64,000 nucleotides of DNA from Spirochaetota bacterium (GCA_004297825.1 SCSX01000084.1:42862-106861); one strand, 5' to 3'. Positions 29,562 through 38,820 are shown, counted from the stretch's first letter. Program-made: numbers and translations. Notes: a model not told the origin generated them from the letters alone.

Positions 29562-31553
29562 TCAGACCACCATGATCCAGAGAGTAATCGAGATGAGGAA
29601 TACCAGGCCGTACAGGATGTACTGCTGGGTACTCCCGCTTTGAATCCAGGTAAAGGCATTCATGGACCGTTCGATCATCGAAAGGACGGGGTTGATGATT
29701 CCCCGCTCAAAGCGATCCTCCGCGTGGCTTTCAAAACCGGCTTCCCCGGGAAATAGTCCCTGCGGTTTCGTAAAGTGTATCTTCCAGGAAAAGAGCGGGC
29801 GGAAAATTCTTAAGAACGGCGCTGCGTAGGAAGAGGCGGTATACTGCATCCGTACGTTTCCGGCCTGGTATCCGCAGTCCCATGTTTTATACGTGTAGAC
29901 GCTCCGCTTTCTAAGAAGCAGGGCTCTCAAGAAAAAGATTGCGGCGAAGAGGCCTATGAAGACTGCCAGCCCTTTCGAAACGCCTCCGAGGGTTATAAGA
30001 TAGGGTGATGTGTCCAACGCTTTACCGCCTTCAGGCATAAGCTGCTGCGCCACGAGGGCGACGCCGGACAGGGCGTATTGCGGAAGAACGCCGATCAGGA
30101 CGATCAGCCCCATCTGGATGGCCATGGCGGCCTTCATCGAAAAAGAAACCTCGACCGGAGCTTCATGATACTCGCTTCGGGGGCTTCCCAGGAATACGAC
30201 GCCAAAGACCTTGGTGAAGCACAACAACGCCATGGCGCCGATAAACGCAAGGGACGCGAATGAGAAAACCATTGCGATTGAAAGCAGGGTGTTCCCGGCT
30301 GTGAGACCTTTCAACATCCCCCAGTAAATAAAAAACTCGCTCACGAAGCCGTTGAATGGCGGGAGCCCGCAAATAGCGATCGAACCCACCAGGAAGGCTG
30401 TGGCCGTAAATGCCATGAACTTAACGATGCCGCCCAGCTTTTCGATATCGAGGAGGTGCGTTTTTTGATACACCCCGCCAGTGGCGAAAAAGAGCAGCGA
30501 CTTGAAAATCGAATGGTTGAGCACGTGCAATATCCCGCCGGAATATCCGAGAAGCGCGAGCGGGACGTTCCCGTAAGCGGTTCCCAGCATGCCCAGTCCG
30601 ATGCCAATCCCGATGATACCGATGTTTTCAACGCTGTGATAGGCCAGGAGCCGCTTGATGTTGTGCTGGGCGATGGCGTAGGCGACGCCAAGGATGCCCG
30701 ATATCACCGAAATGATCAGGACGAAATAGGCGATTTCGAAGGCCGGCGTCTGTATCAGAAGCACGGTCCGGAGAATCCCGTATATCCCGGTTTTGATCAT
30801 AATTCCCGACATGAGGCCGGAAATGTGGCTCGGTGCGGCGGGATGCGCCTTGGGAAGCCAGGTATGAAAGGGGACGAAACCCGCCTTCGTGCCGAAGCCT
30901 ATGAACAAGAGCACGAAGACCAGGCTCGCCAGCCCGCGGTGCTCCTGGAATACGGTGGTGAATGAAGCAAAATCGAAACTGCCCGATTGAAACGCGGCGG
31001 CGAGGAACCCGACCATGAGGAAAAGAACCCCGATATGCATGGCGATCAGGTAGTTGATCGAAGCCTGATACACCTCCTCGCTCTCGTTTTCAAACGCCAC
31101 GAGAAAGAAAGAAGAAAGCGACATGATCTCCCAGGCGATGAGGAAGGCAACCGCGTTCTGAAGGGCGATTACGGAAAGCATCGAGGCGATAAGGGCGGCA
31201 AGGAAGAAGAAGTGCGATGTTGTTCCGTTCTTTTTCCCATAGTACGGCTTCATATACCCGATTGCGTATACCGTTCCCAGGAAGCTGATCCCGGCGATGA
31301 CAAGGGAAAAAAAAGCTGCGAGCTTATCGATCACCAGTCTTACCGTGCCGGTGGGGTACGAAAGGACATATGCCGCCGTGATCGGACTTTCCTCGAAAAG
31401 CGCGTTAAGCGAAACCCATGCGATCAGCGCCGCGCCGCAGCCGGTTCCCAAAGCCACGGCCCAGCTCTTCAGCCGCTCGGGGAGAACCATGGAAACGAGG
31501 CCCCCGGCAAGTATAATGCCGATACCGGCTATGAACAGGTCCATCATCTCCAT
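29562..31553 (-). CDS. hyfB: HyfB/NuoL-like antiporter-like membrane subunit
   Basis: WEIMS, HTWLP.AHPAAPSHISG.MSG, KRLLAYHSVEN, PP.NGFVSE, WDCGY, RMQYT. Confidence 0.88.
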   Translation of the reverse strand: MEMMDLFIAGIGIILAGGLVSMVLPERLKSWAVALGTGCGAALIAWVSLNALFEESPITAAYVLSYPTGTVRLVIDKLAAFFSLVIAGISFLGTVYAIGYMKPYYGKKNGTTSHFFFLAALIASMLSVIALQNAVAFLIAWEIMSLSSFFLVAFENESEEVYQASINYLIAMHIGVLFLMVGFLAAAFQSGSFDFASFTTVFQEHRGLASLVFVLLFIGFGTKAGFVPFHTWLPKAHPAAPSHISGLMSGIMIKTGIYGILRTVLLIQTPAFEIAYFVLIISVISGILGVAYAIAQHNIKRLLAYHSVENIGIIGIGIGLGMLGTAYGNVPLALLGYSGGILHVLNHSIFKSLLFFATGGVYQKTHLLDIEKLGGIVKFMAFTATAFLVGSIAICGLPPFNGFVSEFFIYWGMLKGLTAGNTLLSIAMVFSFASLAFIGAMALLCFTKVFGVVFLGSPRSEYHEAPVEVSFSMKAAMAIQMGLIVLIGVLPQYALSGVALVAQQLMPEGGKALDTSPYLITLGGVSKGLAVFIGLFAAIFFLRALLLRKRSVYTYKTWDCGYQAGNVRMQYTASSYAAPFLRIFRPLFSWKIHFTKPQGLFPGEAGFESHAEDRFERGIINPVLSMIERSMNAFTWIQSGSTQQYILYGLVFLISITLWIMVV

Positions 31554-31556
31554 GGC

Positions 31557-32231
31557 TTACCTCTCCCTCCATTCCTTTTCAGCCCGTTCTATATAGTAGA
31601 GAACCACCTCTTTCTTCGGGCGATCCCGAAGCGTTTTCAGAAAATCTTCCTGCTTGCAGAGAAAAGAAATCTTCGACAGGATTTCCAGGTGCCGTTTCGC
31701 GTTAGACGAAATAATGATGAAAAGAGCCTGCACCGGCTCGCCGTCCAGGGCCCTGTAGTCGACGGGGTTTTTCAAAAAACATATGGACACGGATTCGTCG
31801 TCGATGTCCGATATAATCGGATTGCGCGGATGCGGTAGGGCGATCCCCTTGCCCACGGCGGTCGTCATCATTTCTTCCCGCTGAAGAAGCGACGCGAGCA
31901 CCGTGTCCTTGTCAATGCTTTTCGGCAGGGGGATCGTATTTACTACGCCGTCGATCACCCCCCGAACCGTTGCTCCCTCGATGCCGTAATGGATATCGCC
32001 CCGCTTGATGAGGTCGATAAGGGACACCGGCCTTGTCGTCAGGGTGAGGTCCAGTATCTTTTCGGATACGGCAATGTCGTTTCTCAAGATCCATTCGTTC
32101 ACTTCCGCCTTGTTAAAGAAGTACTGGTTTTTGATCTTGTACGACGGCATCTTTTTCTCGTTGATCCACTGCAGAATGGTCTTCTCCGGCACGTCGAACA
32201 GGTCGACGACGTCCTTCATTTTTAAATCCAT
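31557..32231 (-). CDS. Excisionase-type HTH fused to PTS EIIA(Ntr/Fru)-like domain
   Basis: N-terminal DVVDLFDVPEKTI.QW...P.YKI..QY.F; LLQREE..TT.VG.GIALPHPR; ALDG.PV; HL.IL. Confidence 0.85.
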   Translation of the reverse strand: MDLKMKDVVDLFDVPEKTILQWINEKKMPSYKIKNQYFFNKAEVNEWILRNDIAVSEKILDLTLTTRPVSLIDLIKRGDIHYGIEGATVRGVIDGVVNTIPLPKSIDKDTVLASLLQREEMMTTAVGKGIALPHPRNPIISDIDDESVSICFLKNPVDYRALDGEPVQALFIIISSNAKRHLEILSKISFLCKQEDFLKTLRDRPKKEVVLYYIERAEKEWRER

Positions 32232-32252
32232 CGTGCTCCTCTTCTCGAATCG

Positions 32253-32591
32253 TTATTGCTTATTTTTAATGATGTCTTTGAATGGAATAATCTTCCGATA
32301 TTCCTCTTCATTGTTTTTCTTAGCTTCCCAAAGCGAGATGTCCGACTGCATCCCCAGCCAATATTCCACGGTGGTGTCAAAAAACCGCGCGAGCCTGATT
32401 GCCGTATCGTGAGTGATGGCCCGTTTTCCCAGGACCACCTCGTTGATACGCACTCTCGTTATTCCCAGGTGGTCGGCGAGATCCTGCTGGGTGATCCCCA
32501 GCGGCTCAAGGTATACTGACTTTAATACTTCGCCCGGATGCCGCGGGCGCCGGTCATTGCCGGAATCCTGGTTTTCCCTGTTTTTTTTCAT
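32253..32591 (-). CDS. HigA-family antitoxin-like HTH protein with no adjacent toxin
   Basis: RP.HPGE.L...YLEPLGITQ..LA, KRAIT.DTA.RLARFF.TT..YWL..Q. Confidence 0.85.
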   Translation of the reverse strand: MKKNRENQDSGNDRRPRHPGEVLKSVYLEPLGITQQDLADHLGITRVRINEVVLGKRAITHDTAIRLARFFDTTVEYWLGMQSDISLWEAKKNNEEEYRKIIPFKDIIKNKQ

Positions 32592-32882
32592 CCACTCCCC
32601 GCGCGATCAATTTTGAGCGAGAATGTGCGGACATGTATCGAGCAACGTTGCATATTGCAAGCAAAATATAATGGCCCTCTTAGGGAATAATCCGGCGGAA
32701 ATGAAACGCAATTAGTGCTTGATGGCCGGCGGGAGCGAATTTATAGTTCGATAAAAGGAGAACGTGGATGCTAGTAAACCTGCGAATACCTGCATCGCTG
32801 ATGCCTTTTCTTTCCATGATTTTGAGCGGGCGCTTTTTTCTGAAAGATGCCATGAATTCATAAACACCAATGGAGCCTGTCA

Positions 32883-33170
32883 ATGAAAAAAAATGCCGTG
32901 GATGCTTCCCTTACCATCGAGGAGAAGGCCCTGCTTTCCGCAATAGTTAAGAACAAGTACGAGGGCGGCAATAATTACCCGCGCGCCGCATGGGTCGAAA
33001 TAATCTGCCCGGACAGAAAAGGCAAGGCCGTGCTGAGAGGCCTCTGCGAAAAGGGACTGGCTGAGACCGGCATGGGTGGCACGGTGGCGGGCGACTTCTA
33101 TACCGCCTGCTGGCTGACCGGCGAGGGAGAAGCAGTCTATCGCGGTCTTGAACGTGAAACAGCCGACTAA
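32883..33170 (+). CDS. Hypothetical protein (possible winged-helix)
   Basis: GGAG RBS; L..L.EKGL.....LT..G pattern. Confidence 0.5.
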   Translation: MKKNAVDASLTIEEKALLSAIVKNKYEGGNNYPRAAWVEIICPDRKGKAVLRGLCEKGLAETGMGGTVAGDFYTACWLTGEGEAVYRGLERETAD

Positions 33171-33236
33171 AAATATCTTGCAGATGAATCAACATCGAAT
33201 AGAATGCAGATATTCTAACCGGAAAGGAGAATTCAA

Positions 33237-33452
33237 ATGTGGGAAAAAATCAAGGGGGCGATCATTCCCCATCTTGTCGGATTAGCGCTCATGGCGGGGG
33301 GATGGTTTATCAGCATCACCTACGTGGGCTTCAGGAGATTTGAATCCGATATACTTTTTACGAACATGACCGGACTGGGATTGCTCATGATAATTGTCGG
33401 GGCGTATTTCCCGGATGTATATATCGGTCTCAGGGAGAAGTTCAGGAAATAA
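33237..33452 (+). CDS. Small two-TM membrane protein
   Basis: AAGGAG RBS, two hydrophobic segments. Confidence 0.6.
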   Translation: MWEKIKGAIIPHLVGLALMAGGWFISITYVGFRRFESDILFTNMTGLGLLMIIVGAYFPDVYIGLREKFRK

Positions 33453-33459
33453 TGAAAAC

Positions 33460-34809
33460 GTGCTTCACCGCAGCGTTCTGAAACATCGCGTGCCCGGTTC
33501 AGCTCCGGGGATGCCCCGCGCCCCGCACTTTACCGCCATCCGCAACACGCTCATACTCATGGTGTTCATCGATGTGGCGGCATTTTCGATCATCTTCCCG
33601 ATTATTCCGGATCTCATGGAGTATTATCTGACCAGGATATTCGCGGCCGGGGTTGACGATCTCAGGCGGGTAACCGTCGCGGGCATATCGCTTTCCCGCG
33701 ACGATGTGGCGGTTATCCTGGGGGGCCTCCTCACCTCGATATGGGCGTTCCTCCAGTTTTTTTCCGCCCCGCTCTGGGGACGGCTTTCCGATAAAATCGG
33801 CAGGAAAAAAATTCTCATGCTCAGCGCGACCGGCCTTTCCCTCGCCCACGTGCTCTGGGGCTTCGCGACATCGCTGCCGGTTTTCTTCGCGTACCGGATG
33901 CTGGGCGGGATCATGGGCGGCCACATCGGCGTCGCCCATGCCGCCATGGCCGATATCACCGAAAAAAAAGACCGCACCCGCTACATGGGGATGCTCGGCG
34001 CGGCGGCCGGCTCCGGGATGATAATAGGTCCCGTGATGGGCGGCCTCCTGGGTCACCCCGCCATGCAGGGGGTTATTTCCGATATTCCTTTTTTCCATCC
34101 CTTTTCACTCTGCGCATTTGCGAGCGCCCTGCTCTTCGCCGTGAACGCGCTCTTTCTGATCCGCATGCCGGAGACGCGCAAAAATCATCGCATGGACGAG
34201 GCCGTGGAATATACGGGGCTCAACCTCCGGCTGGACGTGCCCATTCCCGGCTTCAGGCTCCTTGCGCTTCTTAATTTCATTTATTGCTTTTCGCTGGCGG
34301 GCGTGGAACTGCTCCTCCCGTATTTCTACAAGCAGCGGTACGATCTTCCGCCGTCATCGATCGGCATGGTTTTCCTTTTTATCGGCAGCGTGATGGTGGC
34401 CGCCCAGATCATGCTGATACCGTTTCTCCTGAGGCACATGTCCGAGAAAACCATGATACTCGCGGGGTTTATGATTATCCCGGTCCCGCTGGCGCTCTGC
34501 GTGAATGTTGCGCCCGAAATGGCGTATTCACTGGCGTACATATTTCCGGTCGCGCTCGGCGCATCGGTGATCGGTCCGGCCGTCATGGGGACGACTTCGC
34601 ACCTGGTGCCGCCCGACAGGCAGGGGCATTCTCTTGGCATTCTCACCTCATACGGCTCGCTGGCATACGCCACCGGTCCGCTGATCACATCCGCCCTTTA
34701 CGGCGCAACGGGACTTGACAGCGCCGCGATCATTTCTTCCTGCCTGTTTCTTCTGGGCGCGGGGCTCGCGACGAGAATCGGGGGAACGCAAAAATCGTCA
34801 ACTGCATGA
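33460..34809 (+). CDS. MFS transporter (TetA/DHA1-like)
   Basis: GRLSDKIGRK motif A, GP..GG motif C, about 12 TM; start is GTG 33460 or ATG 33511. Confidence 0.85.
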   Translation: MLHRSVLKHRVPGSAPGMPRAPHFTAIRNTLILMVFIDVAAFSIIFPIIPDLMEYYLTRIFAAGVDDLRRVTVAGISLSRDDVAVILGGLLTSIWAFLQFFSAPLWGRLSDKIGRKKILMLSATGLSLAHVLWGFATSLPVFFAYRMLGGIMGGHIGVAHAAMADITEKKDRTRYMGMLGAAAGSGMIIGPVMGGLLGHPAMQGVISDIPFFHPFSLCAFASALLFAVNALFLIRMPETRKNHRMDEAVEYTGLNLRLDVPIPGFRLLALLNFIYCFSLAGVELLLPYFYKQRYDLPPSSIGMVFLFIGSVMVAAQIMLIPFLLRHMSEKTMILAGFMIIPVPLALCVNVAPEMAYSLAYIFPVALGASVIGPAVMGTTSHLVPPDRQGHSLGILTSYGSLAYATGPLITSALYGATGLDSAAIISSCLFLLGAGLATRIGGTQKSSTA

Positions 34810-34827
34810 CCGGTGGGCGAATCCGCG

Positions 34828-36438
34828 TTACAGGATGAAATCCGTGGACAGGAAGTTGGACTTCCTGTTGCGCACGATGTCCCGGATGATGTCGTTGTTA
34901 AGCTCGCCGCCCTTGGCCGCGACGACAGCCCTGATGGAGAACACCCTCAGCGCGTCCGTCACGGAGAGCGTTCCCTCGGCCGAATCCTTCCTGCCCCCGA
35001 AGGGGAACGTGTCCGGGCCCCGCTGGCACTGGCTGTTGATGTTCACGCGGCAGACCTGGTTCACCAGGGGGTCGATAAGCCTCGCCATCGTGTCGCTGTC
35101 CCTCCCGAAAATGGAAAGCTGCTGCCCAAAGAACGACCCGATGACGTACTCGATGGGATCTTCGATGTCGTCGAAGGGGACGATGGGCACTACCGGGCCG
35201 AATTGCTCCTCGTGGTACACCCGCATCGTTTCGTTTACCGGGTAGAGCGCCGCGGGACGGAAGAGTGTCCCGGCAAAAGTTCCCCCCGCGCCGTTGGCGA
35301 TCTTTGCGCCTTGTTCGACAGCGTCGGCGACGAGCCCCGCCAGGTAGCCCGTCTTGCCGGGCTCCGGGAGCGGGGTGATCGAGACCCCTTCCTCCCAGGG
35401 CATGCCCGCCTTGAGCGAATCCAGCGCCGCGCAGTACCGCTTTAAATAGTCGTCGGCGATATCCCGGTGGACGAAGATGATCTTGAGCGCCGTGCAGCGC
35501 TGGCCGTTGAACGAGAGCGAACCGGTGATCGTTTCGCGCACCGCCAGGTCCAGGTCGGCGTCGGGGAGGAGGATCGCGGGATTTTTCGCCCCCATCCCGA
35601 GCGCGCACCTGAGACGGTGGGGTTTCGGATGCTGCGTCTTTAAAATATCGGCCACCCGGTGCGAGCCGATAAAGGCGAGCACGTCGATCCTGCCCGATTT
35701 CATGAGGGGGGTTACCACCGTGGCGCCGTCGCCGTAGATGACGTTGATAACACCGGGTGGAAACGAATCCCGGAAGGCCGTGAGCAGCGGCTCGTACAGG
35801 AGGACGCCGAACCGGGGCGGTTTTAGGATCAGGCTGTTTCCCATGATAAGGGCGGGGATGAGGGTCGTGAACGTCTCGTTGAGCGGATAATTGAAGGGCC
35901 CCATGCAGAGCACGACCCCCAGGGGCGCCCGGCGGATCTGGGCGACGATGCCCTCGGTTATGGTGAATCGGGACGATACCCGGTCCAGCTCCTTGAGCGC
36001 GTCTATCGTGTCGACGATATAGGCGACGGTCCGGTCGAATTCTTTGGCCGAATCGGCATGGCTTTTGCCGATCTCCCACATGAGGAGCCGTATAACCTCC
36101 TCCCTTTTTTCCTTCATCCTGTCCGCGAAGGCCTGGACGCAGCGTATCCGCTCTTCCACCGCCATGGTAGGCCACTGCCCGCGGCCGCTGTTGTACGCGA
36201 GGACCGCGGCGTCAAGCGCCTCCATGGATTCCTTCTCCGTGCAGGAGGGGAAGCTGCCGATAACACGCGGCTCGAGCGTCTTTCCGTTTCTCATGCACAC
36301 TGGGGAACAGACCTCCTCGGCGGGTCCGTTCCAGGGTTTCAGCTCGCCGCCGCACAGGTAGTGCCGCTGGTGGAGCGGGGCGATGTCGTGCTTTTCCGGA
36401 ACGTCCTCGATTCGGGGAAATAAATCGGCCAGGTCCAT
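34828..36438 (-). CDS. gapN: NADP-dependent non-phosphorylating GAPDH (ALDH superfamily)
   Basis: GPFNYPLNET, FIGS, NGQRCTA, EEQFGP, QRGPD.FPF.GRKDSAEG. Confidence 0.8.
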   Translation of the reverse strand: MDLADLFPRIEDVPEKHDIAPLHQRHYLCGGELKPWNGPAEEVCSPVCMRNGKTLEPRVIGSFPSCTEKESMEALDAAVLAYNSGRGQWPTMAVEERIRCVQAFADRMKEKREEVIRLLMWEIGKSHADSAKEFDRTVAYIVDTIDALKELDRVSSRFTITEGIVAQIRRAPLGVVLCMGPFNYPLNETFTTLIPALIMGNSLILKPPRFGVLLYEPLLTAFRDSFPPGVINVIYGDGATVVTPLMKSGRIDVLAFIGSHRVADILKTQHPKPHRLRCALGMGAKNPAILLPDADLDLAVRETITGSLSFNGQRCTALKIIFVHRDIADDYLKRYCAALDSLKAGMPWEEGVSITPLPEPGKTGYLAGLVADAVEQGAKIANGAGGTFAGTLFRPAALYPVNETMRVYHEEQFGPVVPIVPFDDIEDPIEYVIGSFFGQQLSIFGRDSDTMARLIDPLVNQVCRVNINSQCQRGPDTFPFGGRKDSAEGTLSVTDALRVFSIRAVVAAKGGELNNDIIRDIVRNRKSNFLSTDFIL

Positions 36439-36614
36439 GGTATCCTCGTGGTGGTGGAATATGGTGCGCACTTCAAGTAATGAGGGCGGGGAGCGGCAAT
36501 ATCAAGAAAAATTACGCAGGTTACTATATCACCGAACCCCCCAAAATTATTTCCCTTGCTTTCGCCTCTAAATTATCCTATACATGCTTCACTACCATTC
36601 TGCAGGGAGGAACA

Positions 36615-38033
36615 ATGAAACGATACCTTGGAGCCTTTGTCGTCGCATGCGCGATCTTTGTATGCGGGGATCTCTTCGCATGGGACAACCACATGATGTT
36701 TTCGAAGCTTATCTTCTCCCGCGACACCGGATTAAGCGAGAAGGTCAAGGCCGAAAGCCTCCAGGCGTTCATCGAGGCCGAGAAGAAGAATATCGCCGCG
36801 ATGCTCGGGGAGGACGAGGCATGGCTGCGTGCCAACCTCGCATCCTACGCCCCGCTGCCCGATTCCCTCGTGTTCAAGGGATCTGCATCCGGTGAGGCCC
36901 TGCGCAGGGAATTCTTCCAGGCCCTGCGCATAAATCCCGGGCTTCCCTGCCCGCTGTACCTGCAGCTCATGCCCGGTGAGCGCCACACCCGCGCCGCGCT
37001 TCCCCATCGCGCGGTCGCGACCTATGACTTCGATATTCCCAACCCGCCGTTCGAGAAGCTGAACGAGGGGGAGATGCTCGGTTCCGTGGACGTGCTGGCG
37101 ACCGCCACCGATGAACCGGACTACGGCCTGGACCTGGGCTTATACGAAGACAACAATACCGCGTGGGGAAAAACCTACGGGTTCGGAACCCAGCCCTTCG
37201 GGAATCCCGTCTATGCATTCGGGACGCAGGCGCCTTTTCACATGGCGTTTTACCATGAAAACTTCATCATCAACCTGGCGGCCTCGTTCATCAAGCGGGC
37301 AAGCGTCGAATACCGGTTCCACGAATTCAGTTCGCTTGCCGCACTGGCGTTCAAGACGGGGCACCCGTATTGGGGATACCGGTTCGCCGGCTGGGCCCTG
37401 CACTACGTTCAGGACGCGGCGCAATTGTATCACGCGGTCATGCTTCCCGGCATCTCCACGTACAGGCTCCTCAGGGCCGTCATCCTCAAGGACGACCAGG
37501 ACAAGAATCTGCTTCTCTCCGAGGTATCCAACAAGCATGTCGTCTACGAGGACTACCAGTACGACGCCATGAAAGCACTTACCGGAAGCGGGGATTTCAA
37601 GAACTCGATCCTCGCCGCCCTGACGGACGTGAACCACGACAAGGAGGTTCCGGAATTTTACGAACAGTATATGAGGGATGTCGTGACCGCCGGGGTCGCG
37701 GGCAGAAGATCCCGTACCGATACCACCATCGTACGGTCGTTCCCGGCCCGTTACATCTCCGACCCGTCCTATATCTACGCCACCACGGAACCGGGCATCG
37801 ACCTGTACGCGTTCCTTAAAGCAGCGCCCGAAAAGCAAAAAGAAATGGACGCGGAATTGAGCCTCGTCTTTCGCGACATGGGCTCCTATTCAAGGAAATA
37901 TATTTCCTGGCTCAAAGCCGGTCGCCCCGCGGGCGGCGCGGGCGGCGGATCGCTGACATGGATGATCGGGGCCGCGGCGGTTCTTGTGCTCCTGGCGGCG
38001 TACCTCGTGATGCGCAGGCGGAAGGCCGCGTGA
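36615..38033 (+). CDS. Exported Zn-dependent phospholipase C / P1-nuclease-fold protein with C-terminal membrane anchor
   Basis: Signal peptide then W-x-x-H; DEPD, PFH, HYVQD...YH, H..YE; Gly-rich linker, TM, RRRK tail. Confidence 0.65.
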   Translation: MKRYLGAFVVACAIFVCGDLFAWDNHMMFSKLIFSRDTGLSEKVKAESLQAFIEAEKKNIAAMLGEDEAWLRANLASYAPLPDSLVFKGSASGEALRREFFQALRINPGLPCPLYLQLMPGERHTRAALPHRAVATYDFDIPNPPFEKLNEGEMLGSVDVLATATDEPDYGLDLGLYEDNNTAWGKTYGFGTQPFGNPVYAFGTQAPFHMAFYHENFIINLAASFIKRASVEYRFHEFSSLAALAFKTGHPYWGYRFAGWALHYVQDAAQLYHAVMLPGISTYRLLRAVILKDDQDKNLLLSEVSNKHVVYEDYQYDAMKALTGSGDFKNSILAALTDVNHDKEVPEFYEQYMRDVVTAGVAGRRSRTDTTIVRSFPARYISDPSYIYATTEPGIDLYAFLKAAPEKQKEMDAELSLVFRDMGSYSRKYISWLKAGRPAGGAGGGSLTWMIGAAAVLVLLAAYLVMRRRKAA

Positions 38034-38041
38034 GATCGTAC

Positions 38042-38249
38042 GGCGCCTCCTTCTGTTCGAAGCTACCCGTTACCCACATCATCAAAACCGCCTCCGGAGG
38101 CCCCCTAAATCCCCCGGAGGGGGACTTCAGCAACCTGCAGAAAATGCATTTTCCATCCTTGGCAGATGTCGTTGCCCCCCACCGGGGGGTATGGGGGGCG
38201 TTTTATTTTACTTGCGGGCAATGGGTAGCTGTTCGAAGGGGGAGGCGCC
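38042..38249. repeat. About 208-bp element with imperfect terminal inverted repeats and internal CCCCC/GGGGG hairpins (MITE-like)
   Basis: 38042-38077 versus reverse complement of 38214-38249; internal CCCCCTAAATCCCCCGGAGGGGGACTT and CCCCCCACCGGGGGG. Confidence 0.55.
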
Positions 38250-38307
38250 TGGCCGCATCGACGCCGCTAGGTAAAGTTATCGGACAGGCTGCTTATTAAA
38301 GAAGGTA

Positions 38308-38391
38308 TGCCGAAGGAGGGACTTGAACCCTCATGGAGTTGCCCCCGGCGGATTTTGAGTCCGCTGCGTCTACCAGTTTCACCACTTCGGC
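38308..38391 (-). tRNA. tRNA-Leu(CAA)
   Basis: GCCGAAGTGGTGAAACTGGTAGACGCAGCGGACTCAAAATCCGC...GGTTCAAGTCCCTCCTTCGGCA; long variable arm; CCA not encoded. Confidence 0.95.
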
Positions 38392-38403
38392 GTTGGGTGT
38401 TTT

Positions 38404-38820
38404 CTATTCGGGTTGGGGGAGGTCGTCGACCTCGATGTACTTGCCCTTGGCGCGGGCGACGATCTTGCCCATCTCGTTCTCGATCTCCGCGCGATTTTCT
38501 ATTATACGCTTGTTCTTCTTGACGTACCAGCCCCGGATATAGAGGTTTTCCTTGATGAAGGCCGGCTGGAGATAGCGGATGGTGAGCTCCCCCGTGAGTG
38601 TCATGATGTCCATGTACTTGTTCACGGTGATCATGGTCTCGTCCAGGAGCGAGGCTATGACGCCCGCGTGGATGATATTGGGCGGTCCCTCCAGGGTCTG
38701 GACGGCCGCATACTCCCCATACGCGGTTTTCGTGTCTTCATCGAATTTGAGTTTGAGCCTGAGGCCGCACTCGTTGTCGGCGCCGCAGCCGAAACATGTC
38801 TTATCTTCAAATTCAATCAT
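38404..38820 (-). CDS. PaaI/hotdog-fold thioesterase
   Basis: CFGCG.DN..GL.L, G.P.IIHAG..ASLLDE. Confidence 0.85.
   Translation of the reverse strand: MIEFEDKTCFGCGADNECGLRLKLKFDEDTKTAYGEYAAVQTLEGPPNIIHAGVIASLLDETMITVNKYMDIMTLTGELTIRYLQPAFIKENLYIRGWYVKKNKRIIENRAEIENEMGKIVARAKGKYIEVDDLPQPE

Noticed and set aside
24322..31553. Formate hydrogenlyase or true hydrogenase-4
   Set aside because: The large subunit lacks both NiFe CxxC motifs, and there are no fdh or hyp genes in the window.
38250..38391. Genomic island or prophage integrated at tRNA-Leu
   Set aside because: No integrase and no duplicated tRNA 3' end were noticed.
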